Assembly: GCF_009834535.1 (NCBI RefSeq) | Contig: NC_045697.1 | Span: 77,626,001 to 77,690,000, forward strand | Source of the DNA: Camelus ferus | Taxonomy: Eukaryota | Length of the DNA stretch: 64,000 bases | Reading direction: 5' to 3' | Part shown: positions 13,460 through 27,079 of the stretch, in pieces | How positions within the stretch are numbered: the stretch's first letter is position 1 | Layout of the letters: every line of letters starts with the position of its first letter | Notes under the pieces: generated by a model | Databases searched by the model: none | What the model was told of the DNA's origin: nothing | The model's input: only the letters and a program-made list of their open reading frames with translations | Made by a program: the position numbers and the translations under genes

Positions 13460-13860
13460 GGATGGTGGTGTGACTGAACTGCCAATCACAATACCCTTTT
13501 CCCCCGCTCCCTTCCAGCGAATGGTCTAGGAACAGCCACCTATGGAGTTCCGGCAGTGATGAGTAAACCCAAGTGGCCAGCTGGGACTTCTGGGAAGGCT
13601 TGATTTGGCTGACATGCCCCCTTGGAGTTTTGCTCCTTTGCACTTCTCTTTCCTGCCTTGTCACAGACCTGATGCCTGGTGGCAGCTATCTTACAGGTAT
13701 GAGAAAGCCAGGGGCGCAGAAAGATGAAATGAGCTTGGTTCCTCCAGCTACTTTATCAGCTCTAGATTGTGTGCTCTGGAATTTTGTTGAATGCAACAAG
13801 GAAATCCCCATAATAATTAAGGTTCTGTTTGTTGATTTTTCTATTCATTCCAGCCCAACA
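13460..13860. mobile_element. Old ERVL-class LTR fragment (LTR33/LTR16-like)
   Basis: gctgggacttctgggaagg...ttcctgccttg...gacctgatgcctggtggcagctatctt resembles the LTR33-family consensus. Confidence 0.45.
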
Positions 13861-14069
13861 TACTCCTAATCAACACACTGAATTTCTACTGAAACTTCTC
13901 CGAATAGAACATATCAAGTTCTGTTGCTGCTGACAGTAATGTGGATTTCTGCAGCAATGTAACAACATGGGTGGAAACTAGCCAGCCACTACTTCCAAAA
14001 TGTAAATGTTTACCCAGTGACATTCGCAGAGCCTCCTTCTGTAAAGATGCTGATCTACCTCATCTACTG

Positions 14070-14101
<32 letters not shown>

Positions 14102-15170
14102 CAGCAGGAAAACAAAACCCAAAAAACTCTCTACACCCTGCCCAGGGATTCTGGCCACAACTACTCTCACAACTAGTTGAGTGTGATTGGTCAAGTATTA
14201 AAAATGATTGAGCCCCAGATGCTACAGCAGAAGCGACACACTGGCCCAATGGAGTAACTTCCCAGAAAATCAGAAGGACAAAATGTTTTGTGGATAATTT
14301 GGGGCAAATCAAAGTTACACAATAATAAGCACTGCACAACCCAGCCAAAAGCATCAGCCACCAGGGACTGGATAGTTCACTGTAAGCAAACACATGGGCT
14401 GAAATTTGCAACAGCCATACTTACTCAAAGGTACAACCTGTCTGGCAGGCTCCGGGATTTTCAGCTTGGTTTATATGTACAGAACGATAAACCATTCCAT
14501 AAACCATATCAAAGACAGCAAATTTATGTTTATGAGTGTGTACTTGTATTAGCATTTAAATGCCTATAAACATCGGTAAATACATATTTCTGTTCAAGGA
14601 GATAGTATGCAAGTTTAAGGCAGTATAAAGATCTCTAGATACTCCCACTTGTATATGGAAGCTCTGGCTGCGCTGTTTTTTAGTTTTGTATGTAACAGAA
14701 TCTTTTATAGTTAAGGAAGCCTCCTAAATCACTAATTCTTATATCATGTTTAGGGGCTGCACCTTGAATACTGAATGGATAATGAATGGAAACACATAAA
14801 ATATCTGCCCCAACGGTTTTCAAATTCCTACAAGACCCCTGGAGCTATGATTTGAATTTGCACGGAGAGAAACCGAGTTCCAGAGAAGCGATGTCACGTG
14901 CTCATCAGAAGACATAGGAGAAGAGTCTGGGCTGCTTAAATCTAGTTGTGTGGATTATTTTTTAATCTGAACTGAGTTCAAATTGTATGTTTAAACTGAT
15001 TAGAACTGGCTACAGGACTTCTAAATCCCCAGTTCATCTTATGACACAGACAATCTCTTCTCTAGAAAATTAAATTATATTTTATAAACAGGATAAGTTA
15101 TTTATCAGCCACAAGCCCAAGTTACTACAACGTATATGAATATAAAAAATAGGATCAAAGGCTCCCGCTG

Positions 15171-16520
15171 ATTTATTTATTCAAAACTATTTATTGAATA
15201 CATATATTCATAAAAATTACCTGGAGAGTTCATTTAAAAAAAACCCAGAAATTCAGATTCTCTAGATCCCACAGGGGTGGAGAGGGCCCAGGAATATGAA
15301 TGTTAATGGCTAAATGATTATGACATAGGAAGGCCTGCAGACCCCTCTGAGAAACACCAGTCTATGCTGTTTCAGATGCCGCAGAGACAAATCTCAAAGT
15401 GCTCAGTCTAGTGACATGGACAAGTCAACAATTTTACAACGTCTTCCAAATATTCAGAGGTACGGAGGGGAAAAGAAGGCATAAAAAGGAGGGCAGAAGT
15501 CAAACTTTCCTGCAGAACAAACCAGTTTTAAAAGAATACTAGAACAGCTGGAGAAGAACAGGAGAACAGTGCTTAGGCAGGGAGCACGGTGGGACAAGCA
15601 TCTGGTGGGGCATGTCGGAGACTGAACAAGAGTTTGGAAGAACCAGAAACCCAAGGAGGAGGAAATGAGGTTGGAGAGTTGGGAAGAGGTATGACTTGAA
15701 TGACTTTTCCGTCTACAGGGGACTAATGACTTCTGTCTACATTTGAACCTTTGACCCTGAAGGCACAGGGGGCCACTGAGGGTTGAGGCAGGAGGGGCAG
15801 AGTTAGACTCAATTTTTAGAAAGCTCACTAGGCCAGAGGAATGTGGGGGACATCTGGGGGGAATGTAACTTGATGGAAGTGGAGAGGCCGGTAACTGCAA
15901 TTCTCCTCAAGAGAAGATGCCTGGCCCTCTCTTGTGAGGGGAAGATAGACAGTGAGTGCCATTTGGAAGATGGTGACCCATCAGAGTAACCATCCCCTAT
16001 GTTACCTGAAATGAATTCAACAGAGGAGGTAGAACAGGCAGGTCCTAACAACTAATTTAACGTGGGGAGAAAGGCCAAAGAGGGGAGGTTTTGGGTTTGT
16101 CCGACCTGGTAGCTGGTGTTAGTTTTGTGGGTGGGGAGTAGTGGCATTCCTAGTATTTACTAATAAACACAGTTAATAGGAATACAGGACTTACTGGCAG
16201 AGACTGAAAGAAATCCATTGGGTGTGGGACTTGGAAATATCTGGGCCTGTCTGATATCTATTTGGGAGTCATCCACATCTGCGTGGAGGTGGTTTAAGCT
16301 GTGGATGTGAATGAGGTCATCCAAGGGGAATACTCTGAAGGTCAAGGTAGAGCCGAAGTGCGAGGGAGGCAACACCATTTAAGGGCGAGGTGGAAAAGAA
16401 ACAAGCAGGAAAGAGTAAGAGACAGCCAAAAGGTTAGAAGAAAACCAAGGAGTGACAGGGAAAAAAGGTCAAAGAAAAGAGAGGGTCACTGAGCAATCAA
16501 GTCAGACAAGTACTGATAAA
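15171..16520 (-). mobile_element. Long decayed L2 with a MER5-like insertion (~15212-15360)
   Basis: The L2 tail atttatttattcaa...tatttattgaa is followed by gggggccactgagggtt, ttgggagtcatc and gtggatgtgaatgaggtcatccaagg; MER5-like cagattctc...gagaaacacc sits inside. Confidence 0.7.
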
Positions 16521-16942
16521 GAGCGTCCCATTGTGACCTGAAGTGGCCTAAGGGTTCCCCCTCTGTGCAGGGTTCATTCAACACTTCAAATATTTACTAA
16601 AGTCCCCTGGGCGCCTGGTGCTGTGCAGATAAAACTCAAACTTCAAGGACAGCCTCATCCTATTTTGAAAACATAGCAAAAGCATTTCCATTTCCTTAAA
16701 ATGGTACACTCTAAGATATACACAGGAATTGAGTTTGTATGCAAAGCACTGAGTGATACATCACACGTGGGCACACAGTGAAAGAGGTGAAGTGAGATGC
16801 TTCGGGAGGACGGGGCTTAGAGGAGCACCAGAGCCTGAGAGAAAGGCAGGGCAGGGCCACCTCCTCAGCCTCTCGCCTGTTATTCTGTTTAACCTTTTAC
16901 TTCACTCCAACATCTGCTTAGGGAGCAAAGTCCCAAAGAGTT

Positions 16943-17141
16943 TGGGATTAACAGATACACGCTACTATATATAAAACAGATAAACAAGGACCTACTGTAT
17001 AGCACAGGGAACTATATTCAACTTCTTGTAATGAGCTGTGATGGAAAAGAATCTGGAAATATATGTGTATATGAATAACTGAATCACTTTGCTGTACACC
17101 AGAAACTAACACTGTAAACTGACTACACTTCACTAAAAAAT
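16943..17141 (+). mobile_element. L1 3' UTR end, 5'-truncated, ~200 nt
   Basis: gggattaacagatacac...ggacctactgtatagcacagggaactatattcaa...gctgtacaccagaaactaacac; TSD aagagtt at 16936 and 17142. Confidence 0.9.
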
Positions 17142-18944
17142 AAGAGTTAAAAAGTAGTTGTTACTTGCCAATATACTCCTTTGGTATCGAAAGTAGGTAA
17201 TTAAGATAGGAAAGAAAAAGTTAAACTCACCAAATTAAAATAAAACGTTTCTTGGCTCTAACTACACTTTTGAAACCTCATCTCACAGTTATTTGGTATA
17301 GTTAGTTTCTTTTCTTTCTTTTTAAATAGAACAAGTCTTTTGCGGGTTTTTTTTTTTTTCAGTACTCAAAGTTTTTCTTCTTAGCTTCCGGACTCTGTGC
17401 TTGTGCCTTCAACAACTTCACCAGATTTTCTGCTCCTCAGTAAGGAAAGTGAGCTCGACCCTGTAACAGGCCCATTTAGCACACGTGAACCCGCCACAAG
17501 CCCCACGGACACGTTTATTCGTTTTAGATAATAACTGCCTAAGGACTTAGCATCTCTCACAGCACATGTTACATCTCCTTGGCACATGCCACAGATGGAT
17601 TTTGGTGCTTTTCTCGACCTTCTTGGTACAAAAGCAAACAATTCTATTACAAGGGGTTTGAGACAGCCTGGTTGTGTTAGAGGCTGGATTGCAGGGCAGC
17701 CTGTGAGGGTGCATCAGGCTCGGGACCATGCTGAACGCCTCTAGACCCCATTCCTGGAAGGGCTTCCATTTCTTAAAATTAGTCTAAAAATGTAACCTCT
17801 AAACCTCCAAAATAAGTGATCAGAAAACCTGTTTATATAGCTTTAGTAGAAAAGAACTGGTAATATCCATTCTTTAGCAGAGTAAATCCTATAATTACTT
17901 CAGTTATTCATTTACTTGTTCAGGAATCAGGAATGCTGACTGAATTCTTGCTAAAGGTTTTAAGCATCAAAAAGATGACGTCCTTAAGCTCATGAAACCC
18001 ACGTTCCAGAGAGAGAAGGAGCTAGTCACCAGAGGCTCTCCACCACCATCCAAGCAGTAGGATGTTAACGCACAAAAGCCAAGCACAACAGGTGGTCCAG
18101 GAGTGACAGGGCTCCATCAGGTGCGGTGGGCAGGGAAGGCCTCCCCCACAGTGAGTAGGAACATAGGATGGTGAGAGAGAATAAATTTGACTTCACAACT
18201 GCTGTCTGGTTCTGGTCCTCACGGTATTTTCCTTCCTCTGGTACTCCATCGCTGAGACCTCCCATGTGCCAAGCCCCATCTGAAGCACATTTGGGGACAG
18301 AAGCATCAAATAAACCCTTTCTTGCACTCAGCTTCTACTAACTAGCAGTAACTACCACACATGAAAGAACACGATCAGTCATTAATAGTCATTTAAAAGA
18401 TTGTGCTAAGTCCAGCGGAGGGAGGGATTATGAGGCCGTAAGAGAACATGGCCTCCTGTAGGATTTGGGGTCTGGTAGGATTTGCACTGTGTCAGGGTTG
18501 GGAAGGGTGGGGATCAGGCATGGGACATCCAGAATGAAGGAAGGGTGTGAAACACAGGCTAGACGGTGCTCATCCAGAAACAGAGGATTAGTCCAGTTTG
18601 GCATAAGTGTTGTGTTTAACAATAGGGCAGAAGAGGGAGTTTGGGGACAGAACAGAGCAGGGCTTTGAATGCAGGCTAAAAAAACATGAGGTCCTTCCTT
18701 TTACTTATATTCACTAATACAGCTGGAAAATAGAACCCAGGACACTCCTTCATTTTGCGGATGTATGACCAGGTGAAGGTAAGAGAATCACCTTAAGGCT
18801 ATCAAGGAAGTCGCTGAAAATAATCTGCCTAACAAATGAGATGTTTTAATTCTGCAGAGTCCAGGTGACTTAGGACTCTTCAGGGGTGGTGCTAAGAATG
18901 CGACGCGGATTTCTCCGTCAGTGTTCACACCAGCTACACTAGGC

Positions 18945-19060
18945 GTGTGCCCCACCCTCATTTCCAGATGGGGAAACTATGCAAGGTGAAATCACTTGCC
19001 CAAGGCCGCCCGACAGGTAAGCGACCAAACTGGCCTTCAGTCCAGAGCCAAGGTCAGCAT
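18945..19060 (-). mobile_element. MIR core
   Basis: catttccagatggggaaact...aggtgaaatcacttgcccaagg. Confidence 0.65.
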
Positions 19061-21146
19061 CACGCAGGACCGAAACCGTAACTGAACTGGCAAATCTGAT
19101 GAGGAGGCAGAAACACAGGTAAGGAAGCTGAATATAAGTGCAGTTTGGGGTAGCAGGTAGTGGCCCAGGGAAGGAAGGAAGGCACTGAAAATTCAAAATT
19201 TTAAAATGGATAAGCTGGGCAGCAGGTCAAGGCCTGATTGGCAAAGAAGCCAAGCTATGGAGGGACCGCCCTAGAGCGATCTCTTCCCTTCCTCCTCCGC
19301 TAACAACCCACCTCCATCAAGGGTGCCAGAAAAGAACAGTAATCGTCCATCCCCCGCCGAGGGTCTGGTCCACACCAGGTACCAGAGACAACTTAAAATT
19401 TAGAGAAGAGCCACAAAGATGAACAAAGGGTCAACACATTAGATCTGTGAAGCATTATCAAAGGCAACCAGAAAGAGAGAAGGTGGACCATAATTTTATC
19501 TGAGGTTTTTTCTAAGAATTAACTGCTGCCTTCTTTAGTCTCACAAGAAGAACTTCAATTAGATGTAAAACAGTGAGTATAGATGGAAAATGAACTTTTC
19601 TTCTGAACTTGGATAGGTGGTTAGGATGTTCATTTAATCAATCTGTTGACCAACGATAATAAGAATGATTAAGTCTGGGTTAACATGAAAGATACCTACA
19701 GCACGCTCTTCAAAACAGTGACCGCAGAGACGCAAATTCACAAACCGCATGCACCCCTTCAGAAAATGTAGCTCAGCGCTTTCTTGTTTCTGTTAATGCT
19801 GTCTCATAGGATTCTAGGTATCTGAAATTCTAAGTGTTATTTTGGTCTCAGCTTTCTAGACGAGTATCTCAAATTCCCATTCCACTTTTTGGCAGGCCAT
19901 GAATGACCTCAGATGTTTTCCCTGGAGCTGGGAATCCTGCATTAGGAATAGATACATAAATGTAATACTTCAAGTTTCATATTTAAGTTGAATTGATGGT
20001 AAAGTTCAAGGCTGTGCTGATAGTTCTGGGTAGAATTCCCATAACAGTAGGTTTGCCTTTAGTAAATGTTCACTTTATACTGAATGCCTATTGAAGACAT
20101 TAGAAATGTGTAAGTAGGAATAAGGAAAATTTGTCCTACCATAAACCAAGCTAGGACTGATTATTTATTCCACTGACTGATAGTCACCTAAATTAGACCA
20201 ATCAGCACTTCCTCATAAATTGAATTAAAGACTGGAGAGGCAGTCTTCCCACCAGTTGGTGAATATTTTTTTTCTTTACCCAGAATAATTCTGTAGGATC
20301 GGCCAGTGACCCCTAATTATACCAGCTGCACCCAATAACCACACGAACAACAATTTACTCTCTGAACAGCATTTTATCCTCTGAATAGCTGGCTGATGGT
20401 CAGCTGTAGTTTTGAGTTTTACCTCTGTGGTTTCAGATCCTCAAATGTTTATTTGCAAAGCTGCTGTTTGAGGCTAAATTGACTAACAAAATCAGCAGCT
20501 AAATGACAACCACACCATGTCCACCTCTATCCTAATAGACAGCAGAGATAAATAGGGGTAGGGGAAGATGGGAACAGTAGAAAAGGAGAAGAAACAGAGG
20601 TCTGAAAAGAAAACTTTATCGCAGAAACCTCCAGTTCTTTGGGACTGTCATTTAAAGAGCTGTGGAATTCACATAAATGCAGAATTCCTCCCTTTCTTCT
20701 TGCCTGCTTGGAAAGCCAAGGGCACCATGGTAATAAATACACACGTCAAAGCCTGGCAGGAAGAATGGTACCTTTGGAAGTTTTATGATCTGGTGTTATA
20801 GGTCAAGAAATATAGTAAAACTAATTTCTTTGGTTTTCTTAGAAGGCTTGAAATCAGCAGAACTTTAGACTAGACTTTTGGGTTAATATGAGTCAATTTT
20901 AGTTCCTTCCAGCACTAGAATTCGGTGATTCTTTGACTCTGAGCCTGGATTAAATCCATCTTGGTTGAATATAAGCCTGGATTACTGACTGGTTGCCTTT
21001 AGCGACTTTGCACTCTATGGCTTCCTGTTAAGAAGTTTACCACTGTGACTAACATTCTCTGGGGCAAAGTTGGAAAGCAGAGGTTAAAGTCAATCTGAAG
21101 GAGCAAACAAACTCACATTCTACTACCTGGTGAGAAGGACGTTTTC

Positions 21147-21596
21147 AGTTTCCAAACTAAACTTGGGTCCGCTGACCTGTGCGCAGTGAAGCCAACCCAC
21201 TGACACTGGGTTGTGGCGAAGGAAAGGGCAGCACTTACTGAAGGATGCTGTACGAGGAAGGGCGTCCGAGGCAGCTAATGCTCGAAAAGCCTGACAGCGT
21301 GCAGCAAAGCACTTTTAAAGGCAAACTGAGGTGGGGCGTCCCAGGAGCTCGTGCACAATTCTCTGGTTAATGGTCAGGTAACAGGAGTTAACAATATTAA
21401 TCATCAGACTAGGTCTGGGGTTTATGTGCTCACTGTCATCAAGCAGTTAATTTCTTCCACTTGGTAGCGGTTTTAGCATTTGTAAAACTCAGGAAATGCG
21501 CATCAGATTCTATTATGCAGGTACTTCAGAGAGGTGCTAAGGATATGGGGGAGGGGTCTGTCCCAGGAAGGCCACATAGGGTCCTGCTGAGTTACA
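21147..21596 (-). mobile_element. ERV1-class solo LTR
   Basis: The minus strand begins TGTAACTCAGCAGGACCCTATG; it is ~450 bp, more GC-rich than its flanks, and has a TATA-like cctttaaaag. The left terminus and TSD are degenerate. Confidence 0.7.
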
Positions 21597-22489
21597 TTAT
21601 GAAGCATTAGCGTTGTCCAAGGTTTTTTAGAAGTTATTTTGACTTTACTGAAGATCTTATTATATCCATGTCAGTTAGGCTTATGCTTCTAGTAAGTCTA
21701 CCTAAATTAAATAGTTAAAAGCTAATAGTCATTATGAATAGATTTCTCTCATTTATCAACAGAATCTATTTTTTAACCGTACAGTAATAATAGTAATGAG
21801 ACCATAAATTTGGTGCTTTGCAATTCACAGAACACTTTTACTAACATTACATAGATTCCTCGGTAACCCACTCTGAGACAATAACAAATCTGTGGAACAA
21901 ACACAATTGGCAGTGGGCTCACAGATGCCTAGAATTCCCAGGCAGCCAGCTGCATGTGCTCCCTTTTCATTAATTTCAAAATAACAAGACTGCAGACTCA
22001 TTTATATAACTATGGTAGGTTTTAACTGCATGCCGCGTATCACCAACATTATTCCAATGACAAGAAATTATTGCCTTTTCTAGGTAAAAAAATAAAATAA
22101 AATAAAATGGAGGCCCTTAGAGGCTCTTAAGAAAAGAAGTTACTAATAAATGACTAAAAATAGCAGATCTACAATTAGAGTGAGTACAATTCTTTCCTTC
22201 ATCCCATAGCTTCTGCCAAGTCATTACAAAAATGCATGGAGTGATTCTTACCCCTTGTCGCTTGGGTTTCTCAAGAGTGGTAGCCCATTTTAGTAATACA
22301 ACATGCTCTGTAATTTACTACTGAGAAAACTGCTACTAGAAATTGACTAGTAAATTTTAATTTGGTAAAACATACCCAATAATAAAAGTCAAACAGCAAC
22401 CTTCTCTTTCTTCATGGCCTCATGATTGTAAAGCAAGCTATTTATATAATGCTTGTGGATTTGTGCGAATGATATAAACATCTTGCTAA

Positions 22490-22925
22490 TTCCACAATAC
22501 TCACTGGAACCTGTCACCTGCCAGACCTTATGCTAAATGATGGATACACAGTACTGAAAAAAATGGTCACTGCGGTAAGCCTCACAGAGCTTGTTCTGTT
22601 GAGTAGGGGAAGACAGACCAACAAATAGGTAAAAACAACCCACTGTAGTGTGTTTTGAAAGAAAACTAAAAAGTACTGGGAGAGATGATGTTCGACGGTG
22701 GGGAGTTCTTTTAGATGGAGAATGAGTATAATCAGGAGGGTTGGCACATAAATCGAGATCACAAAAATGAGAAAGAGCTGGCCTTGACAACAATGGAAGA
22801 ACATTCCAGAGAGAAGGAATTGCATACTGAGAAGTTTGAAAAGTAGGTTTTGGTTTGTATAAGGGGTGATTAATGGTCATTGTGTAGGTAGGACCAGTCA
22901 GGTGGAGGAAGGTTCAAGATAAGAA
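22490..22925 (-). mobile_element. L2 fragment
   Basis: tgccagaccttatgcta...cctcacagagcttg...ggaagaacattccagagagaagg. Confidence 0.7.
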
Positions 22926-25321
22926 CAGAGTCTGAAACTGAGCATAGGTGCTCTTAACTGCCCCCAGGCACCTGCTTCCCCACCACCTGACTTCGATCAA
23001 CTTCCACTTGAGTAACTGCATTGTAATCCAGAAACTATTACAGGTTAAGGACATTAAGCTAAAAATAATATCAATAGACTACTTAAACCAAGGACACAAG
23101 TTTCCATCTTTTTAATGAAGTTTGCATTGTTCCATCAGTATAATTATAATTATAGATATTGATACAGATACATATTTCTAAGATTCTAGAAAGTATTCTC
23201 TCAAGCAAAAAGTATTATCTTTCAAGGTGGGAGGGTAGGGAAATTCAACTTGTAAATTTTAAGAAAAAAAAAGTGAGATTATGGGGACTTTAACTGTATA
23301 CTTTTTCAATTAAGAAAGTAGACAAAATGAAAAAAACCATTTTTGTTTTTATGAAAGCCTGGTTTTAAGAAGAATTTCAGCTGGTTAAATTTAGGAAGCT
23401 GAAAAAAAAAAAGTCGAATCCAAGAATGTTCTCTGGACCTGAGCCTAATGCATTTTTATTTGAATGAGAATTGGATATACATTTTTATCCCTTTGGGCTC
23501 TGGGCTGTCAATATTGTACTTTTCAGAGACAGACAGACATGTGTAGACAGTCACAGTGACCTCAGTATCACTGCTTCCCTGATTTAAATCTATCGTCTTT
23601 CCAAAGTATTTTTGCCTGTTAAAGATGACCTTTATTTTGGCTTACAGACACATTTTTTAGAGAATAACCATGCACATAAAATTTTTTCCTTTTGTTCTGC
23701 TGGATCTGGACTTTTTCTCTTATATGTCTACTCTCTGTCTCTTTTTGGAAGTGATTTGGAAGCAAAGAAGAGAATGGCTATATAGTTGATTCAACTCTTC
23801 CTACCAATAAAGTGCTTTAACTTGTAAGTTTTAAGTGGAACTGAACTTTATTTGTCTAAGTATTTTTCAGGTTCTTTAACTCTAGTCGCCTTCCCAAGTC
23901 AATGAAACCTGTCATTCAGCTGGTAACACTAACAATATGCAACAATTTCTATCCTGGCTGAATTTTCATAGCAAAGAATCTCAACATTTACCAAGTGGTT
24001 ACAAACTGTTTTGTCACATCTGAGTATATGATAGGGCTTTGTCCCGTCCCTTCCCTTCTGTGGCAGAACAGTTTACTTAACCTGCCCCTTTAAGTACTTA
24101 TTAAACACCTTCGGGGATGGAGGATGGTTCTGTCACCCTGTGGTGTTCCCTATACTAACGTGGGGTAATCATCTGTGACTTCCCTAGTCCCTGGCTGCCA
24201 TGGATGGGGCTGACTCACTTGCCCTCTCCCTTGGGGAGTACTTCTCCTGTGTCCTTTATTCCCCATGCAACTTTGGAGATAGACAGGGCTAGCCCTTTTC
24301 TAGAAGCTCCAAACTTGATTTTGCGTTTCACAGAAAAGTGGAGAAGTTGTGTCTCCCCACCCTGCCCTGCCCCTCCTACCTTTTTCTCTCCAGCAGAAGA
24401 TGAAGCCAGAGGAAGCCTGTACTTGCACTCAGTCTTTATTTCTGCAATTGATCAGCTGCTTCCCGCTCCTCACTTCTAAGCTTTTGTGCACTGAAGTATC
24501 AAATCTGGACCAATCTCTACCACTTACTCTGCTAAAGAGAACAAACGTCAAGTCTGAGGGTCTAGAGCTTTTCAACTGTCTAGATGGTTTTCTGCCTTCA
24601 GTTCTGTGCACTTTTTAATTGCAACCCAGAGACAATATTTATTATGAATTACTACAGTTATCAACAGATACTCAAAGTTTTAGCAATATCTGAATGACAC
24701 TGAGCATGTCCTTGTGGCCAAGTGCCTTCCATGACTACTTCCATGCCTTCCATAATTCTACTTAATTGCAACCAAGTAGAATACTTTTTAATGAATATAT
24801 TAAAGTCTTCAAGAAGTACTTACAGTTTAACAAAATATGAATAACTCTATGCATAAAGGTCACCTCTTGGACACCATAAAAATACCACAGTAAATTCTTC
24901 TATAATGACTAGTTGTTCTAATGTTTCCTAGATAACCTCTTTGATTATAATTTTAACAGTTAACATGTAAAGGGACATTCCACAACAACTTACTGAGAGT
25001 CGGTAACAGCAGTAGCCCACGCTCCAGGCCCTATGAAGAATGCAAAGCCTTAGATTCTTTTCTGCAAATGGTTTGAGACCAGTTGAAGAGCTTACAATTT
25101 TGACTGAACAAAACACTGACTTAAACTACTAAGTTCTATTATCCCCAAATTTACAGATTATTAAAATGTTTGCTTTTTTGATGGCTCATCGCCACAATGA
25201 AAATTTCTCATTCAAGTCATTTTCATACCTCTTAGTTTTGGAAAAACTCAGTCCATGGAAGCTGATTCGCCCTGCTATGAGAATGATTGACTCAGTTCTC
25301 ACTTTTAATTCTCTAAAGCTG

Positions 25322-25480
25322 CAGGGTTCTGAGCCCTGGGGGCACATTAAAATCGCCTAGCCAGCTTTAAGAAATACAATATTTGAGAGCTGCCTCCTAG
25401 ACACTCCTATTTGTCTGGGGTAAGGGAAACTGGTATTTTAAAAAAGCTGCCCAGCACATCTGACGGATATCCATGATGTA
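25322..25480. mobile_element. MER5A-like DNA transposon
   Basis: cagggttct...gcacattaaaatcgcct...ggtattttaaaaaagctgcccag. Confidence 0.6.
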
Positions 25481-26815
25481 TCTGAAGAATCCAATAAAAA
25501 CAGTGTTTCCCTGGGACCACATACTCAGAAAAGGGTCTATCAGATGATCTGGAGGTGGGGGAGTGGAGGATCCGAAGAAGTACTATAGATGACTGGTAAG
25601 TACCCACATGGGCGGGAGTAGCCCTTATCTGGAGTCACTGTGATCCTTACAGAAGTATTTGGATTTTACTAGTACAGTATGAATTAGTGTTTTAGTAATA
25701 TAAAATAACCTTGCAGTGCTTTGGAATTTCAGGCAGAAATTTAAAACTACAAGAAACTCAGCTGGCATGGGAGAATATACTTTGCAACAGAACGACTAGA
25801 ATATAGGTAGCTTAGCTCTGCTGTGGGATCTTCATGTCCCAAATTATCCATAAGCTGGTCCTGTACTTCTGATCATCTTCCTTTTGTCCACTTCTGAACT
25901 AGCAACATGCCCCCAAATGACCAACATTTTTTCCAGTGGCTCACCTCCCAGCAGCTGTAGCAAGGGCTCTGGGAAAGTGCCTTGTAAGCCACGATTGTCA
26001 CCTGTCCGTGTCCGATCACTTATTATTGGTGGTACGATGGTCTCTTTCCAGCTTTTATCACATGCCAACACCCTTTGTTCTTCGCAGCCCAGTAGAGTTG
26101 GCAGACAACCAAAACAGAAACTCGATAAGATTAGAGAAGCACTTTGTTCCCTATACATTTCCTTCCTTTTTCATTCAGATATCATAAACTTACCGATTCT
26201 AAAATGAGTTGTCCTGATCTCTAACAGAAATAGAAGGAAGTTTCGATACTCAAAGATACTTCCTGATTGAATTCTCAAAATGGGTATTATCATTCCCATA
26301 CTAACAGCTTTTTTTTTTTAACTTTTTAATCACAAAATAAGTTATCACATTCCCAGAATTGCTACTTCTGCCATGGCAAGTGGGGAATGCATGTCTCAGT
26401 TGGCTGTGACGCAGCATCACAGAGCTGCCTATACTCACTCACCTGGGAAACGGCTTACTCAGTCTGGAGAATTTCATCCCAGAGAAACAGTCAGTTGTTG
26501 GATACAAACAGTTTAAGCTGTGAATTTACCTATTTTCTGCAAGTTTCTTGTATGGGTATTGTATCTTTTTTAAAAAATTTATCACTAAGTGAAAGGAGCT
26601 TCCACATAATCTACTGTATTGATGTTATCAAATCAGGAACATCGATGAGGATGAGGAAACGGGCTCAGTGCTTACTGGACCCATGTGGTGTATAAATTGG
26701 AGGTGATGCTGCTAGAATTCACTGTTGAGTTACTCTCTTCTTACTTTTTCCCAGGCCTGTGTTTAACAGCATGGAACTTGACTTCAAAACCAAAAGCTTT
26801 CGATTTCCATGTGTG

Positions 26816-26915
26816 TTTTGTTTTTTTTTTTTTTAAGTGGCAGTACTGGGGATTGAACCCAGGACCTCGTGTATGCTAAGCATGTGCTCTACCACTGAGC
26901 TATACCCTCACCCCC
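26816..26915 (-). mobile_element. Camelid tRNA-derived SINE (Vic-1 type), short form
   Basis: T-tract then gtactggggattgaacccagg...ctctaccactgagctataccc; TSD core catgtgt on both sides. Confidence 0.9.
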
Positions 26916-27079
26916 ATCATGTGTATGTTTTAAGACTATTGACTTCATTTCTAGTTTTCACTCCAGGTTTTTTTTTTTTTTTGTTTTTTTGCTTTTTGTT
27001 TGTTTTTGCTTTTTAAATAAAGTCCTCTGTCATGCAGACTGCGTAGTAAATTCTGCGGGTGACTCTCACTGTGAAAAAA

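Noticed and set aside
14053..14062. TGAGGTAG (let-7-like 5' end) on the minus strand
   Set aside because: The rest of a let-7 mature sequence and a hairpin are absent.
17366..17460. Exon-like segment on the minus strand after gcctgttacag
   Set aside because: The pyrimidine tract is weak, the only donor is a poor gtactg, and all three frames contain stops.
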